A stretch of DNA of 64,000 bases from Desulfobacterales bacterium (GCA_963668645.2 CAXXWC010000003.1:224001-288000), one strand, 5' to 3'; counted from the stretch's first letter, positions 1 to 9,716 are shown. Notes: a model not told the origin generated them from the letters alone. Numbers and translations are program-made.

Positions 1-1
1 T

Positions 2-520
2 CCGCGCGCCAAGATCCTCACCCTGGTGCCGATCCTCTTCTTTCCGCTCTTTTTGCAGATACCGGCCTTTATCTTCATCGGCCTCTGGTTCGTGTTCCAG
101 GTCATCAGCGCCGCCGGCAGCAGCGGGGCCGGCGGCATCGCCTGGTGGGCGCATATCGGCGGGTTCCTGGCCGGCGTGCTGCTCTGCAAGCTTTCGGGCC
201 GCTTGCCCGGCGCAGGATTCACCCGGCGCCTGGATCCCGTGATCACCCGCCGGCGCACCGACCGCCTGCAGATGGTGCGGCCGGCCCCGAAAGCCGACGA
301 TCCCCACCTTTACGGCACCATCTCGGTGACATCCGGCGAGGCCAGCCAAGGAACCACCAAACTGGTCAATGTACCCTGGGGGCTTCACAAGCGTCTGATC
401 CGCGTCACTATCCCGCCGGGCATGGGCGACGGCAGCCGCCTGCGGCTCAAGGGATTGGGCCGCTGGACCCCTGAAGGGCTCAGGGGCGACCTTTACCTCA
501 AGGTGGTCTACAAGGGATAG
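2..520 (+). CDS. Rhomboid family intramembrane serine protease with C-terminal DnaJ C-terminal-like domain (5' partial)
   Basis: Frame is open from the window edge (PRAKILTLVP...). Rhomboid catalytic-His motif GGIAWWAHIGGFLAG. Tail ...EASQGTTKLV...VTIPPGMGDGSRLRLKGLG...RGDLYLKV matches the DnaJ C-terminal pattern. Confidence 0.85.
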   Translation, partial: PRAKILTLVPILFFPLFLQIPAFIFIGLWFVFQVISAAGSSGAGGIAWWAHIGGFLAGVLLCKLSGRLPGAGFTRRLDPVITRRRTDRLQMVRPAPKADDPHLYGTISVTSGEASQGTTKLVNVPWGLHKRLIRVTIPPGMGDGSRLRLKGLGRWTPEGLRGDLYLKVVYKG

Positions 521-552
521 GGACCCGGGCGGCATCCCCTCGCCGGGGGGGA

Positions 553-1467
553 TCATTTGAGGGTCAGGGAATAGCTTTTAACCATTTCAATCGGATGGTA
601 GGAGCGTTTGGCTTGGGCCAGGCCGGGCAGCGACATGTCGCTTTCCTTGTTGATCAAAGGTTTGCCGTCGAACAGCTCGCGGGCACAGGCCCGGTCGAAG
701 TACTGGTAGAGGCCTTTGATGTCGGGAAAGGCCTTTTCGAACATCAGCACCCCCATCTCGGCGGTGAGCGGGCCGGACACGGCCATGGCGCTCACCTTGC
801 CGTCGACGCGCACCAACAGCCCCCGCCCCTCTACCTTCGAAAGATTCTCCAGGCCGTTGACCGCAGCGAGTTTTTCGCAGGTCAGATCGTCCTCATGGTC
901 TTCCACCCCACAATCGCGCATTTCGCACCAGCGATCGAGAAAGGCGATGCACTCGGGCACATCCTCAGGGCGGATCGGCTCCAGCCGGCTGCGGCCGGTT
1001 TGCACATAAACCTCTTCAAATTGGTGGATGAGGTTGCGCTTTTTGTGAAAATGCCGCCCGGGCAGCTCGGCCAGATCGCCGCGCCGATAGATGTAATCGT
1101 GGAGCCCATCCTGTTCGCTGACCGCAAAGTAGCGCTCCAGCGAAGAAAGCCCCTGGAGTTCAACATAATCCTGGGGCACGAACCAGAAGGCATCGAAGCC
1201 GACCCGTCCGGCCAGCCGATGCAGTGTATCAGGATCCGGCACCTTTCCCGGGCACAGCGGCAAAAGCAGATGGCGCCTTTCACGGTGTTTGAAAAACTCG
1301 GCGGCCACCACCAGCCAGCCGTCTTCTACGGCAAACTGAGGTTGAAAAAAACAGGTCTGCCAAGCGATGATCGAAGGCAGGCTGTAGGCACAGAGCCGGT
1401 GGGCCTGGCCGTCAAAAAAAGGCTTCAGACGCGAATAATATTCACAGGTCAATGGTTCGAGAGTCAT
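553..1467 (-). CDS. DUF2156 / phosphatidylglycerol lysyltransferase C-terminal-like domain protein
   Basis: Motifs DYIY..DLAELPG..FHKKRNLIHQF, FEKA...KGLYQ, INKESD...GL..AK.SY.P typical of DUF2156 proteins. Confidence 0.8.
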   Translation of the reverse strand: MTLEPLTCEYYSRLKPFFDGQAHRLCAYSLPSIIAWQTCFFQPQFAVEDGWLVVAAEFFKHRERRHLLLPLCPGKVPDPDTLHRLAGRVGFDAFWFVPQDYVELQGLSSLERYFAVSEQDGLHDYIYRRGDLAELPGRHFHKKRNLIHQFEEVYVQTGRSRLEPIRPEDVPECIAFLDRWCEMRDCGVEDHEDDLTCEKLAAVNGLENLSKVEGRGLLVRVDGKVSAMAVSGPLTAEMGVLMFEKAFPDIKGLYQYFDRACARELFDGKPLINKESDMSLPGLAQAKRSYHPIEMVKSYSLTLK

Positions 1468-1559
1468 TTCAATGTCGCGTTGTGAGATGTTGCTGGTTGT
1501 GTTGTCGGTTCATATTCGAACGGCGTCGCCTTCCTGCCGGCCGGACAACCTGTTCTTGG

Positions 1560-1976
1560 TCATGTTGTTTTTCTCCGCATGGGAAGCGCATCGGCCATCC
1601 CTTCGAAGCCGAGGGGACCATAGAGGGGGGACGTGTTGCGCTCGGCCACCAGCCCGATCCACACCAGGCCGTCGCTTTCCAGTCGCGCCACGATCCGCCG
1701 CACGATCCCGCTGCCGATTCCTCTGTGGCGAAAATCCGGGCTTACCGTCACGTCCTGGATCCACGCATCGCTGGCCCGATCGCTGATGGCCCGTCCCATC
1801 GCCACGATGGACGGGCCGTGGCGGGCCACCACGAAGCAGTGGCTGCCGACGACAATCCGCCGCACAAGCTCCGGATCGTCAGGACCGGTTCCCCACCAGT
1901 CCGCAGCGCGGTAAAGCGTAATGATTTGCCTCAGGTCGGCGGCATCCGGATTTTGAAGAAAACTGAAGACAATCAT
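1560..1976 (-). CDS. GNAT family N-acetyltransferase
   Basis: Acetyl-CoA motif A VTVSPDFRHRGIGSGIV; C-terminal LY..LGF. Confidence 0.85.
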   Translation of the reverse strand: MIVFSFLQNPDAADLRQIITLYRAADWWGTGPDDPELVRRIVVGSHCFVVARHGPSIVAMGRAISDRASDAWIQDVTVSPDFRHRGIGSGIVRRIVARLESDGLVWIGLVAERNTSPLYGPLGFEGMADALPMRRKTT

Positions 1977-2004
1977 AAATGCAGGATTGGTGTTGCCATC
2001 AGGC

Positions 2005-2934
2005 TTAAAGCAGGGTTACCCGGTTGCGGCCGCTTTGCTTGGATGTGTACATGGCTTGATCGGCCCGATGAACGAACTCGGATCGTTTCTCACCCGGGAG
2101 ATACTGGGTTACTCCGATACTGATGGTCAACTGGACGCTGTGGTCCTCAATGGGATAAAAACGCTTGGCGTGAACACTGTCCTTGATCCGGTTGGCCACT
2201 GTCATTGCTTCCGAACCGTTGGTTTCCGGTAAAATCACGGTAAATTCTTCTCCGCCATAACGGAAGGCCGCATCCATGTGCCGCAGGCATTCATTGATCA
2301 ACTGGCCGAAGCAGATCAAGACCTTGTCACCTTCCAGATGGCCGTAGTTATCATTGTACCCCTTGAAATAGTCAATGTCCATCAACAACAGGGCCAGCGC
2401 GTGTCTATAGCGCATGCAGCGCCCCACCTCAAGCTCCAACTGGTGGTAAAAATGGCGCGAGTTGTACAATTTCGTCAGCCCGTCAGTAATGGCGAGTTCC
2501 TGGAGCTTTTGCACCATCTGGTCCCGCTCATGCCTAAGGGCGCGTTCTCGCAGGACCCGCCTGATCCGCAGCAGCAGCTCTTGGAAGCGCACCGGCTTGA
2601 AGACAAAATCGCTGGCGCCCTTGCCCACGGCCTCCTCGTAGGAGTAGTCACCGCTGTATCCGGTCATCACGATCACATCGCTATCGTGGTGGCGCTGGAT
2701 CTGGTCGGTCAATTCCAGTCCATCCATGCCAGGGAGCATGATGTCGGTGACCACCAAGTCCATGGGGACGGTGCGCAGCAGATCAAGCGCTTCTTCAGCG
2801 CTGCCCGCCGAATAGGAAGAATAGCCCACCCTTCGAACCAGCTCCTGCATCGAAGCGCGAATAGCGTCTTCATCGTCGACGATCAAAACATTGCCGCGCT
2901 CACTGCCGGCGGACTCAGAGAGAATTTCAGTCAT
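2005..2934 (-). CDS. Response regulator receiver + GGDEF diguanylate cyclase
   Basis: REC motifs VLIVDDE, DIMLPGMDG, KP; GGDEF motifs TDGLTKLYN, DIDYFKGYND.YGHLEGD, I-site RHMD, active site RYGGEEF. Confidence 0.93.
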   Translation of the reverse strand: MTEILSESAGSERGNVLIVDDEDAIRASMQELVRRVGYSSYSAGSAEEALDLLRTVPMDLVVTDIMLPGMDGLELTDQIQRHHDSDVIVMTGYSGDYSYEEAVGKGASDFVFKPVRFQELLLRIRRVLRERALRHERDQMVQKLQELAITDGLTKLYNSRHFYHQLELEVGRCMRYRHALALLLMDIDYFKGYNDNYGHLEGDKVLICFGQLINECLRHMDAAFRYGGEEFTVILPETNGSEAMTVANRIKDSVHAKRFYPIEDHSVQLTISIGVTQYLPGEKRSEFVHRADQAMYTSKQSGRNRVTLL

Positions 2935-3052
2935 TTAATCGGTGGCTCCCGCATCTATTGCATATGCATAACGGACAGGATATCCTTGACACATTCTAAC
3001 GGGATCTGTTAGAAGTTTCTGTTTTTACAATAATCAATTCAAATGACTAAGA

Positions 3053-3081
3053 AACATATCGAGAAAGATTACCGCTGTCAA
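3053..3081 (-). promoter_or_regulatory. Putative sigma70 promoter for the diguanylate cyclase gene
   Basis: Minus strand reads TTGACA (3081-3076), 17-nt spacer, TATGTT (3058-3053), in the AT-rich divergent intergenic region. Confidence 0.5.
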
Positions 3082-3163
3082 CCGGCCTTTTCATGACAGT
3101 TTTTATAATATATGGTCAAAGCCGGCGCTGCCTTAATGAATGGCGTTCTGCCGTGGATTTCAA

Positions 3164-4960
3164 ATGAAACACATACGCAATTTTTCGATCATCGCCCACA
3201 TCGACCACGGCAAGTCGACGCTCTCGGACCGGCTCATAGAGCGTAGCGGCATCATCAGCGCGCGCGAGTTCAAGGACCAGATCCTCGACAGCATGGACAT
3301 CGAGCGCGAACGCGGCATCACCATCAAGAGCCAGACCGTTTGCCTGCCCTACAAAGCGGCCGATGGCCAAATCTACAACCTCAACCTGATCGACACTCCG
3401 GGGCACGTGGACTTTGCCTACGAGGTCTCGCGAGCCCTCAAATCCTGCGAAGGGGCACTACTGCTCATCGACGCCAGTCAGGGAGTCGAAGCCCAGACCC
3501 TGGCCAATCTTTACCTGGCACTGGAGCACGATCTGGAAATCATCCCGGTGATCAATAAAATCGACCTGCCGGCGGCCGATGTTGACAGGGTTCGCCAGCA
3601 GATCGCCGACGATCTGGGACTGGATCCGGAAGGGGCGATTCTGGCATCGGCCAAGGAAGGGATCGGCATCGATGCGATTCTCGAAGCGGTGGTGCACAAG
3701 CTGCCGCCGCCGGCAGGTGACGCCCAAAAGCCTTTGCGCTGCCTGATCTTCGATTCGCACTATGATCCGTTCCGGGGCACCGTGATCCATTTTCGGGTCT
3801 TCGACGGCTGCATCCGGCCCGGCGATGTCATCCGCTTCATGTCCAACAACGCCATCTACAAGGTCGAAGAGGTGGGCGTGTTCCAGATCGAGCGCAAGCC
3901 GCGTAGCGAGCTGAAGGCCGGGGAAGTGGGATATCTGATCGCCGGCATCAAGACGGTGAGCGATACGCGCTGCGGCGATACCATCACCCACGATCGGCGC
4001 CCCTGCGACCGGCCACATGGCGGGTTCAAGGAAGCCAAGCCGGTGGTCTTCTCCTCGATCTATCCGGTGGCCTCCGACGACTACGAAGAACTGGCCATCG
4101 GGCTGGAAAAACTCAAGCTCAACGATGCCAGCCTGATCTATGAAAAGGACAGCAGCGTGGCCCTCGGATTCGGGTTCCGCTGCGGATTTCTCGGGCTGCT
4201 GCACCTGGAAGTGGTCCAGGAACGTCTCGAACGCGAATACGATCTGTCGCTGATCCTCACCGCCCCTTCGGTGCGCTACGAAGTGGACCTGAAAAGCGGC
4301 GACACCATGGTGATCGACAACCCGTCCCTCTACCCGGACCCGACCCTGATCGAAGCCACCCGTGAGCCCTTCATCAAGGCGGCCATCATCACCCCGGACC
4401 GCTACATGGGCGCCATCATGAAGCTCTGTCTGGACCGGCGGGGAATCAACAAAAACTATCAGTACCTGACCAGCAGCCGCCTGGAGATGATCTTCGAGCT
4501 GCCTCTGGCCGAGGTGATCTACGACTTTTACGACCGGCTCAAGTCCATCACCCAGGGCTACGGGTCCTTCGATTACGAGATCACCGACTACCGCCAGACC
4601 GATCTGGTCAAAGTGGACATCCTGATCAACGGCGAGCGGGTCGATGCCCTGAGCCAGCTCGTACACCGCGAACGGGCCGTGGAACGCGCCCGCCACGCCT
4701 GCGAGAAGCTGCGCGAGGAGATCCCGCGCCAGATGTTCAAGATCGCCATTCAGGGCGCCATCGGCGGCACCATCATCGCCCGCACCACCGTGTCTCCCTT
4801 TCGCAAGGACGTGACGGCCAAGTGCTACGGGGGAGACATCACGCGCAAGCGCAAGCTGCTCGAAAAACAAAAAAAGGGCAAAAAGCGCATGAAGATGGTG
4901 GGCAAGGTGGAAATCCCCCAGTCGGCCTTCCTTTCGGTGCTGCGCACGGACAGCGATTAG
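3164..4960 (+). CDS. lepA: Translation elongation factor 4 (LepA)
   Basis: MKHIRNFSIIAHIDHGKSTLSDR, ERERGITIK, DTPGHVDF, NKID, GFRCGFLGLLH, KCYGGDITRKRKLLEKQK. Start set at ATG 3164. Confidence 0.98.
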   Translation: MKHIRNFSIIAHIDHGKSTLSDRLIERSGIISAREFKDQILDSMDIERERGITIKSQTVCLPYKAADGQIYNLNLIDTPGHVDFAYEVSRALKSCEGALLLIDASQGVEAQTLANLYLALEHDLEIIPVINKIDLPAADVDRVRQQIADDLGLDPEGAILASAKEGIGIDAILEAVVHKLPPPAGDAQKPLRCLIFDSHYDPFRGTVIHFRVFDGCIRPGDVIRFMSNNAIYKVEEVGVFQIERKPRSELKAGEVGYLIAGIKTVSDTRCGDTITHDRRPCDRPHGGFKEAKPVVFSSIYPVASDDYEELAIGLEKLKLNDASLIYEKDSSVALGFGFRCGFLGLLHLEVVQERLEREYDLSLILTAPSVRYEVDLKSGDTMVIDNPSLYPDPTLIEATREPFIKAAIITPDRYMGAIMKLCLDRRGINKNYQYLTSSRLEMIFELPLAEVIYDFYDRLKSITQGYGSFDYEITDYRQTDLVKVDILINGERVDALSQLVHRERAVERARHACEKLREEIPRQMFKIAIQGAIGGTIIARTTVSPFRKDVTAKCYGGDITRKRKLLEKQKKGKKRMKMVGKVEIPQSAFLSVLRTDSD

Positions 4961-5075
4961 CAAAAAGCCAAATCGCTCGGTATCGGCGATAATAGCCGAA
5001 GCCAGAGTGAAAGAACCCGCAATCGTGATTTTTTGCCTCGCAGGCCCGAGGCCTGCGATTTGGAGCTGAAACCCC

Positions 5076-6356
5076 ATGGGAAAAACCATCGCCCGCAAAA
5101 TTTTCGACGCCCACCGCATCGACCGGCCGGCCGAAGGGATCGAGATTATCCGCCTGGATGCGGTTTTCTGCCACGAAATCACCACCCCCATCGCCATCAA
5201 CGACTTGGCGGCCAAGGGCAAGGACCGGGTCTTCGACCCGGCCCGCATCAAGGCCGTCATCGACCATGTCAGCCCTGCCAAGGACGGCAAAACCGCGGCC
5301 CAGGGCAAGGTGCTGCGCGACTGGGCCCGGCGCCACGCCATCGAAGATTTTTTCGACATCGGCCGCAACGGGGTCTGCCACGCGCTCTTTCCGGAAAAGG
5401 GTTTCGTGCGGCCGGGCATGACCGTTATTATGGGTGATTCGCACACCTGCACCCACGGCGCCTTCGGCGCCTTTGCGGCCGGGGTGGGCACCACCGACCT
5501 AGCGGTGGGCATCCTCAAGGGGGTCTGCGCTTTTCACAGCCCCGAGACGATCAGGATCGAGATCGCCGGCACCCTGCCGGCCGGTGTGTCGGCCAAGGAC
5601 GTCATATTGTCGATCATCGGCCGCATCGGCGTCAACGGGGCCACAGACCGGGTCATCGAATTTGCCGGCCCGGTGGTCGAAGCCCTGAGCATGGAAGGGC
5701 GCATGACCCTTTGCAACATGGCCATCGAGGCCGGGGGCACCTGCGGGATCTGCCGCCCAGACCAAGTCACCGTGGATTACCTGTGGCCCTTTATCAGTGA
5801 TCAATATCCCGCCCCCCAGGCGGCCCTGGAGGAATTTAAAAACTGGTGGCCCGACCCGGATGCCGCATATCAGCAAACGATCGTTCACGATGTGAGCGAT
5901 CTTAAGCCCCTGTCGACCTTCGGCTTCAAGCCCGACCAGGTGCGCCCGGCTGGGGAGATGACCTCAGTGGCGGTGGACCAAGTTTACATCGGGTCGTGCA
6001 CCAACGGACGCATCGAGGATTTGCGAGCCGCGGCGGCTGTACTAGCGGGCCGGACGATCCATCCCCGAGTGCGCGGAATCCTCTCGCCGGCCACCCCCGG
6101 GGTCTATGCCCAGGCCCTGGCCGAAGGGCTGATCGAAACCTTTCTGGCCGCCGGGTTCTGCGTCACCAACCCCACCTGCGGGGCCTGTCTGGGAATGAGC
6201 AACGGGATTTTGGCCGAGGGCGAAGTGTGTGCCTCGACCACCAACCGCAACTTCGCCGGGCGCATGGGCAAGGGCGGGATGGTGCACCTGGTCAGCCCGG
6301 CCACGGCGGCGGCCACTGCCGTCGCCGGGCATATCTGCCCGGCCGGAGCTTTATGA
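5076..6356 (+). CDS. leuC: 3-isopropylmalate dehydratase large subunit (LeuC/HacA-type aconitase family)
   Basis: DSHTCTHGAFGAFA.GVG, GSCTNGR, CGACLG, STTNRNF.GRMG; paired with a small subunit. Homoaconitase specificity cannot be excluded. Confidence 0.88.
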   Translation: MGKTIARKIFDAHRIDRPAEGIEIIRLDAVFCHEITTPIAINDLAAKGKDRVFDPARIKAVIDHVSPAKDGKTAAQGKVLRDWARRHAIEDFFDIGRNGVCHALFPEKGFVRPGMTVIMGDSHTCTHGAFGAFAAGVGTTDLAVGILKGVCAFHSPETIRIEIAGTLPAGVSAKDVILSIIGRIGVNGATDRVIEFAGPVVEALSMEGRMTLCNMAIEAGGTCGICRPDQVTVDYLWPFISDQYPAPQAALEEFKNWWPDPDAAYQQTIVHDVSDLKPLSTFGFKPDQVRPAGEMTSVAVDQVYIGSCTNGRIEDLRAAAAVLAGRTIHPRVRGILSPATPGVYAQALAEGLIETFLAAGFCVTNPTCGACLGMSNGILAEGEVCASTTNRNFAGRMGKGGMVHLVSPATAAATAVAGHICPAGAL

Positions 6357-6480
6357 GGTTTATCAAAGGTATCCGAGCCGCGCTCGACCAGAAGATCGAT
6401 ACTGAGCATTAATACCGGAAACGTTTCAACACGCCACGAAAACAACAGCCGATAAGGCTCACCGAACGACAGGAGCACCG

Positions 6481-7005
6481 ATGAAAACCTTCGGCGGCAA
6501 GGTTCTATTTCTGGACCGTAGCGACATCAACACCGACGAGATCATCCCGGCTCGTTATCTGACAGAGATGACCCGCGAGGCCCTCAAGCCCTATCTGCTC
6601 GAAGACCTGGAGATGGAAGAATTCGACCCGGCGCGGGATCTCGGCCAGGCGGGCGCCATCCTCACGCGGGCCAACTTCGGCTGCGGATCGAGCCGCGAGC
6701 ACGCCCCCTGGGCCCTGGAAGTCAACGGAATCAACCTGGTGATCGCCGAGAGTTACGCGCGCATCTTCCGCCAGAACATGTTCAACTGCGGCCTGCTGGC
6801 CGTGACCCTGGCCCCCGAAACCATCGGGCGCATCTTCGAAGAGTTCGCCGCATTGCCCACCACGGTCAGCGCCGATCTGACCGCCGGTCTGCTGCGTTTT
6901 AACGCCGACGGCCTGCAGCAGGAAATCCCCTTTGCCACATCGCCCTTCGACCGGGCACTGGTGGAAGCCGGCGGATGGGTGGACTACGCCGACGGGCGCT
7001 ACTGA
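6481..7005 (+). CDS. leuD: 3-isopropylmalate dehydratase small subunit
   Basis: DINTDEIIPARYL, NFGCGSSREHAPWAL, ARIFRQN; AGGAG RBS upstream. Confidence 0.9.
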   Translation: MKTFGGKVLFLDRSDINTDEIIPARYLTEMTREALKPYLLEDLEMEEFDPARDLGQAGAILTRANFGCGSSREHAPWALEVNGINLVIAESYARIFRQNMFNCGLLAVTLAPETIGRIFEEFAALPTTVSADLTAGLLRFNADGLQQEIPFATSPFDRALVEAGGWVDYADGRY

Positions 7006-7021
7006 TTCTTCAATACCGCAT

Positions 7022-7066
7022 TCGCAGAGTACCACTGCGAGGTGATGTTCGGCATCATCGGTTTTT
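7022..7066 (+). terminator. Possible intrinsic terminator after leuD
   Basis: Two adjacent hairpins (TCGCAG/CTGCGA and GATG/CATC) followed by GGTTTTT. Confidence 0.4.
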
Positions 7067-7133
7067 CGAAAAGGGTCCGCAACCCACACCCAACCTTAGT
7101 AATTCTCGGTGAGGCCCAGATGGTTGGTGCCAG

Positions 7134-7578
7134 TTTCGAAAGGCAGCAGGGTTGCGACCGCCGTCAGCCCCCCGGCGGCCGGCTGGATCGGAGCGTTGAC
7201 AAAAAACTGCAGAAAAGCGGCAGAAAACGAAAGAATCCCGCGGATATTGTAAACCCCAGCAAAATGACGCGCACGCAAGAGGCGGCCCGGGGATAACCCT
7301 TGCGGCTGACCGGAACTGTCTGAGGCCATTAATGCCCGTTGGTCCGGACCGCTGCATTTGCCTGCGGTAAATCCTCATGATTGCGGGCAACTTCGATTCG
7401 ATGGTCCAACGACGGGACCGGTCCGGTCCTACGGGCACTTGGGGCCGAGTTTTTCGGGCGGACGCGAGGGTTATCCCCGGGACGCCGTCTCCCCCTCTAA
7501 GCCCCTTTCCTTTCTTCCGCCATTTTGCAGGGTTTGGTCTTTTCGATGGTACGAGGTGTTGTGACCGCCGTCAGCCCC
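7134..7578. repeat. Imperfect direct repeats (~38 bp) flanking the structured element
   Basis: Exact 16-mer GACCGCCGTCAGCCCC at 7156-7171 and 7563-7578; similarity extends back to TTTCGA at 7134 and 7541 (same 407-bp offset). Confidence 0.75.
7278..7490 (+). ncRNA. Unidentified rod-like structured RNA or palindromic element with branched apex
   Basis: Nested inverted repeats: perfect 15-bp CCCGGGGATAACCCT (7286-7300) with 7467-7481; 7333-7339 with 7431-7437; 7344-7351 with 7419-7426; apical hairpins 7358-7390 and 7403-7419. Several imperfections are G-U pairs on the + strand. Confidence 0.5.
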
Positions 7579-7695
7579 GCCCCGGCCCCGGCGCCTCGGG
7601 CGCGCGACCTCAGATCCAAGCATGCGTAAGTGTGACTGTCTAACCGAAAACTTTGCCATGCGGTCCATCGCCTGATTTACCGCCGGGGCGACGAC

Positions 7696-8535
7696 CTACC
7701 CTTCGGCCACCACCCGGTTGCGGATGGCGCCGATCTTTTCGATGGCGCATTCGACCACACTGCCGGCGGCCAGCAGCAGCGGCGGATCACGGAAGATCCC
7801 GACCCCGGCGGGGGTGCCGGTGGAGATGATGTCACCGGGAGCCAGGCTGATGTCCTGGCTGATGTCGGCGATGATGGCCGGGATATCGAAGAGCATGTCG
7901 GCGGTGGTGCCGTCCTGCATGATGCGGCCGTCCACCCTAGCGGTCAGGCGCAGGCTGGAAACGTCGCCGATCTCGTCGGCGGTGACCAGTGCAGGTCCCA
8001 TGGGGGCGAACCCGTCAAAGGATTTGCCGCGAAACCATTGGCTATCGGCGAACTGGGCCTGGCGAGCCGATACGTCGTTCATCACCATATAGCCAGCCAC
8101 AAAATCCCAGGCCGCAGCAGCGGTGATACGCTTGCCGATACGTCCGATCACCACGGCCAACTCCACCTCCCAGTCGACCTGGCCGCTGCTGCGCGGCAGC
8201 ACGATGGGATCGAAGGGACCGTTGACCGTATTGATCGTCTTGCAGAAAAGCAGGGGCCGTACCGGTCTCTCGAAGCCCCCCTCGCGGGCATGCTCGGCGT
8301 AGTTCTTGCCCAGGCAGATGATCTTGCCGGGCCGTGATACCGGAGGGCCGAGGCGTACCTCCATGATCTTTCCCGGATCATCGATACCCGCCACCCGGGC
8401 CGGCCATCCATCGGCAAAAAAACGCTCGCCGATCTCCGGGATCCGGGGAAAATGGCGTCTGAGATCCACGATGCGCCCCTCGCGCAGCAACCCGGGGCAT
8501 TCGGCCCCCTTGGGACCGAATTGAATCAGTTGCAT
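7696..8535 (-). CDS. Fumarylacetoacetate hydrolase family protein
   Basis: KIICLGKNYAEH, DWEVELAVVIG, NDVSAR, GKSFDGF.PMGP, GDIISTGTPAGVG. Start set at ATG 8535, 1 nt after the upstream stop. Confidence 0.92.
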   Translation of the reverse strand: MQLIQFGPKGAECPGLLREGRIVDLRRHFPRIPEIGERFFADGWPARVAGIDDPGKIMEVRLGPPVSRPGKIICLGKNYAEHAREGGFERPVRPLLFCKTINTVNGPFDPIVLPRSSGQVDWEVELAVVIGRIGKRITAAAAWDFVAGYMVMNDVSARQAQFADSQWFRGKSFDGFAPMGPALVTADEIGDVSSLRLTARVDGRIMQDGTTADMLFDIPAIIADISQDISLAPGDIISTGTPAGVGIFRDPPLLLAAGSVVECAIEKIGAIRNRVVAEG

Positions 8536-8536
8536 T

Positions 8537-9310
8537 TCAGCGCTCCTTAGGCCGCCCCTGGCAGCCGTCCTCGTAACATTTGCGCCCGTACCAGTCCGTC
8601 TGGCGGCAGATGCCGCGGATAATGGCCACATCTCGCGCCTGGAGCTGGATGCGGGTAAAAAATTGACGGATGCGCGTCATCCAGTACTCGGGATTGTCGT
8701 GGCTGATGAAGCTGATCCGCACCAGCAGATCCCGCAACTGGTCGTACATCGCATCCAGTTCGAAGCGGGTAGCCAGCCGCGGGTTGAACGTCGGGGGTTG
8801 GGACATGGCGGCCCGGTGCAGTTCGTAACAGAGGATCATCACCGCCTGGGCCAGGTTCAAGGATGAAAAATCGGCGGTGGGGATATTGACCAGGGCGTGG
8901 CAAAAACGGATATCGTCGTTGCTCAGCCCGCGGTCTTCCGGACCGAAGAGAACGGCGATGCGGTTTTGTTGGGAGATGGGAATCAGCTCTTGGGCCAGAG
9001 TCTCGGGCCGGCTGTAGACCCGCCGCTGGCCTCCGAGCCGGGCCGTGGTGCCCACCACGAACTGGAATTCGGCCAGGGCCCGCGGCAGGTCGTCAAAGAC
9101 TTCCAGATTGTCGATCAGATCGCGGGCCCCGTGGGTGGCGAGCTTGAGGGCCTTTTCGGCCTCGTAGCGCTCCGGGGCCACCACCATAAGCCGCGCCAGT
9201 CCCATGTTGCGCATGGCACGGGCCGCGGAACCGATATTCTCCGGGTACCGCGGCCGGTGCAAAACGATGGCCAGGTTGGCCAGGTTGATTTTGGCGGGAT
9301 CAGGAGACAA
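8537..9310 (-). CDS. TrmJ/LasT family SPOUT RNA methyltransferase
   Basis: [36 protein letters not shown]. The ORF-track start lies inside ndk; the TTG at 9310 is an estimated start. Confidence 0.88.
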   Translation of the reverse strand: MSPDPAKINLANLAIVLHRPRYPENIGSAARAMRNMGLARLMVVAPERYEAEKALKLATHGARDLIDNLEVFDDLPRALAEFQFVVGTTARLGGQRRVYSRPETLAQELIPISQQNRIAVLFGPEDRGLSNDDIRFCHALVNIPTADFSSLNLAQAVMILCYELHRAAMSQPPTFNPRLATRFELDAMYDQLRDLLVRISFISHDNPEYWMTRIRQFFTRIQLQARDVAIIRGICRQTDWYGRKCYEDGCQGRPKER

Positions 9311-9716
9311 ACTCGAAGCAGTTGAAAAAGTAGCCGATTTCAAAGGCGGCGGTTTCAGGGGCGTCAGATCCATGCACCACGTTGCGTTCGATGTCGGTGG
9401 CGAACTCGGCCCGGATCGTACCCGGGGCCGCATCCTTGAAGTTGGTGGCCCCCATCATCTCCCGCCAGCGGGCGATGGCCTCTTCGCCCTCCAGGACCAT
9501 TACCATGGCCGGACCGCTGGACATAAAGGCGGTCAGACTTGCAAAAAAGGGCCGTTCGCGGTGCACGGCGTAAAACCCCTCTGCCTGGCCAGGCGTCATG
9601 GCCACCAGTTTGGCCGCCACGATCTTCAGCCCGCTGGCCTCGATCCGTTTGATCACCTCGCCGGCAAGCCCCCGGCCAACTCCGTCAGGTTTGACGATCG
9701 CCAACGTACGCTGCAT
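9300..9716 (-). CDS. ndk: Nucleoside diphosphate kinase
   Basis: [35 protein letters not shown]. Confidence 0.98.
   Translation of the reverse strand: MQRTLAIVKPDGVGRGLAGEVIKRIEASGLKIVAAKLVAMTPGQAEGFYAVHRERPFFASLTAFMSSGPAMVMVLEGEEAIARWREMMGATNFKDAAPGTIRAEFATDIERNVVHGSDAPETAAFEIGYFFNCFEFVS

Noticed and set aside
2005..2934. Diguanylate cyclase as dedicated regulator of the giant adhesin
   Set aside because: Separated by ~8 kb of housekeeping genes; proximity alone is not evidence.
4961..5075. Leucine attenuator upstream of leuC (hairpin 5038-5058)
   Set aside because: No Leu-rich leader peptide and no U tract after the hairpin.
3458..5518. 686-aa minus-strand ORF and similar ORFs opposite lepA, leuC, ycaO and parA
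   Set aside because: Fully overlap well-supported genes on the other strand.
7278..7490. Assignment as 6S, SRP, RNase P, tmRNA or retron RNA
   Set aside because: Signature motifs not found by eye, no large central bubble, no adjacent reverse transcriptase; left unassigned pending an Rfam search.
7042..7668. Short ORFs in the leuD-FAH interval as toxins or small proteins
   Set aside because: No convincing RBS, hydrophobic helix or family motif.
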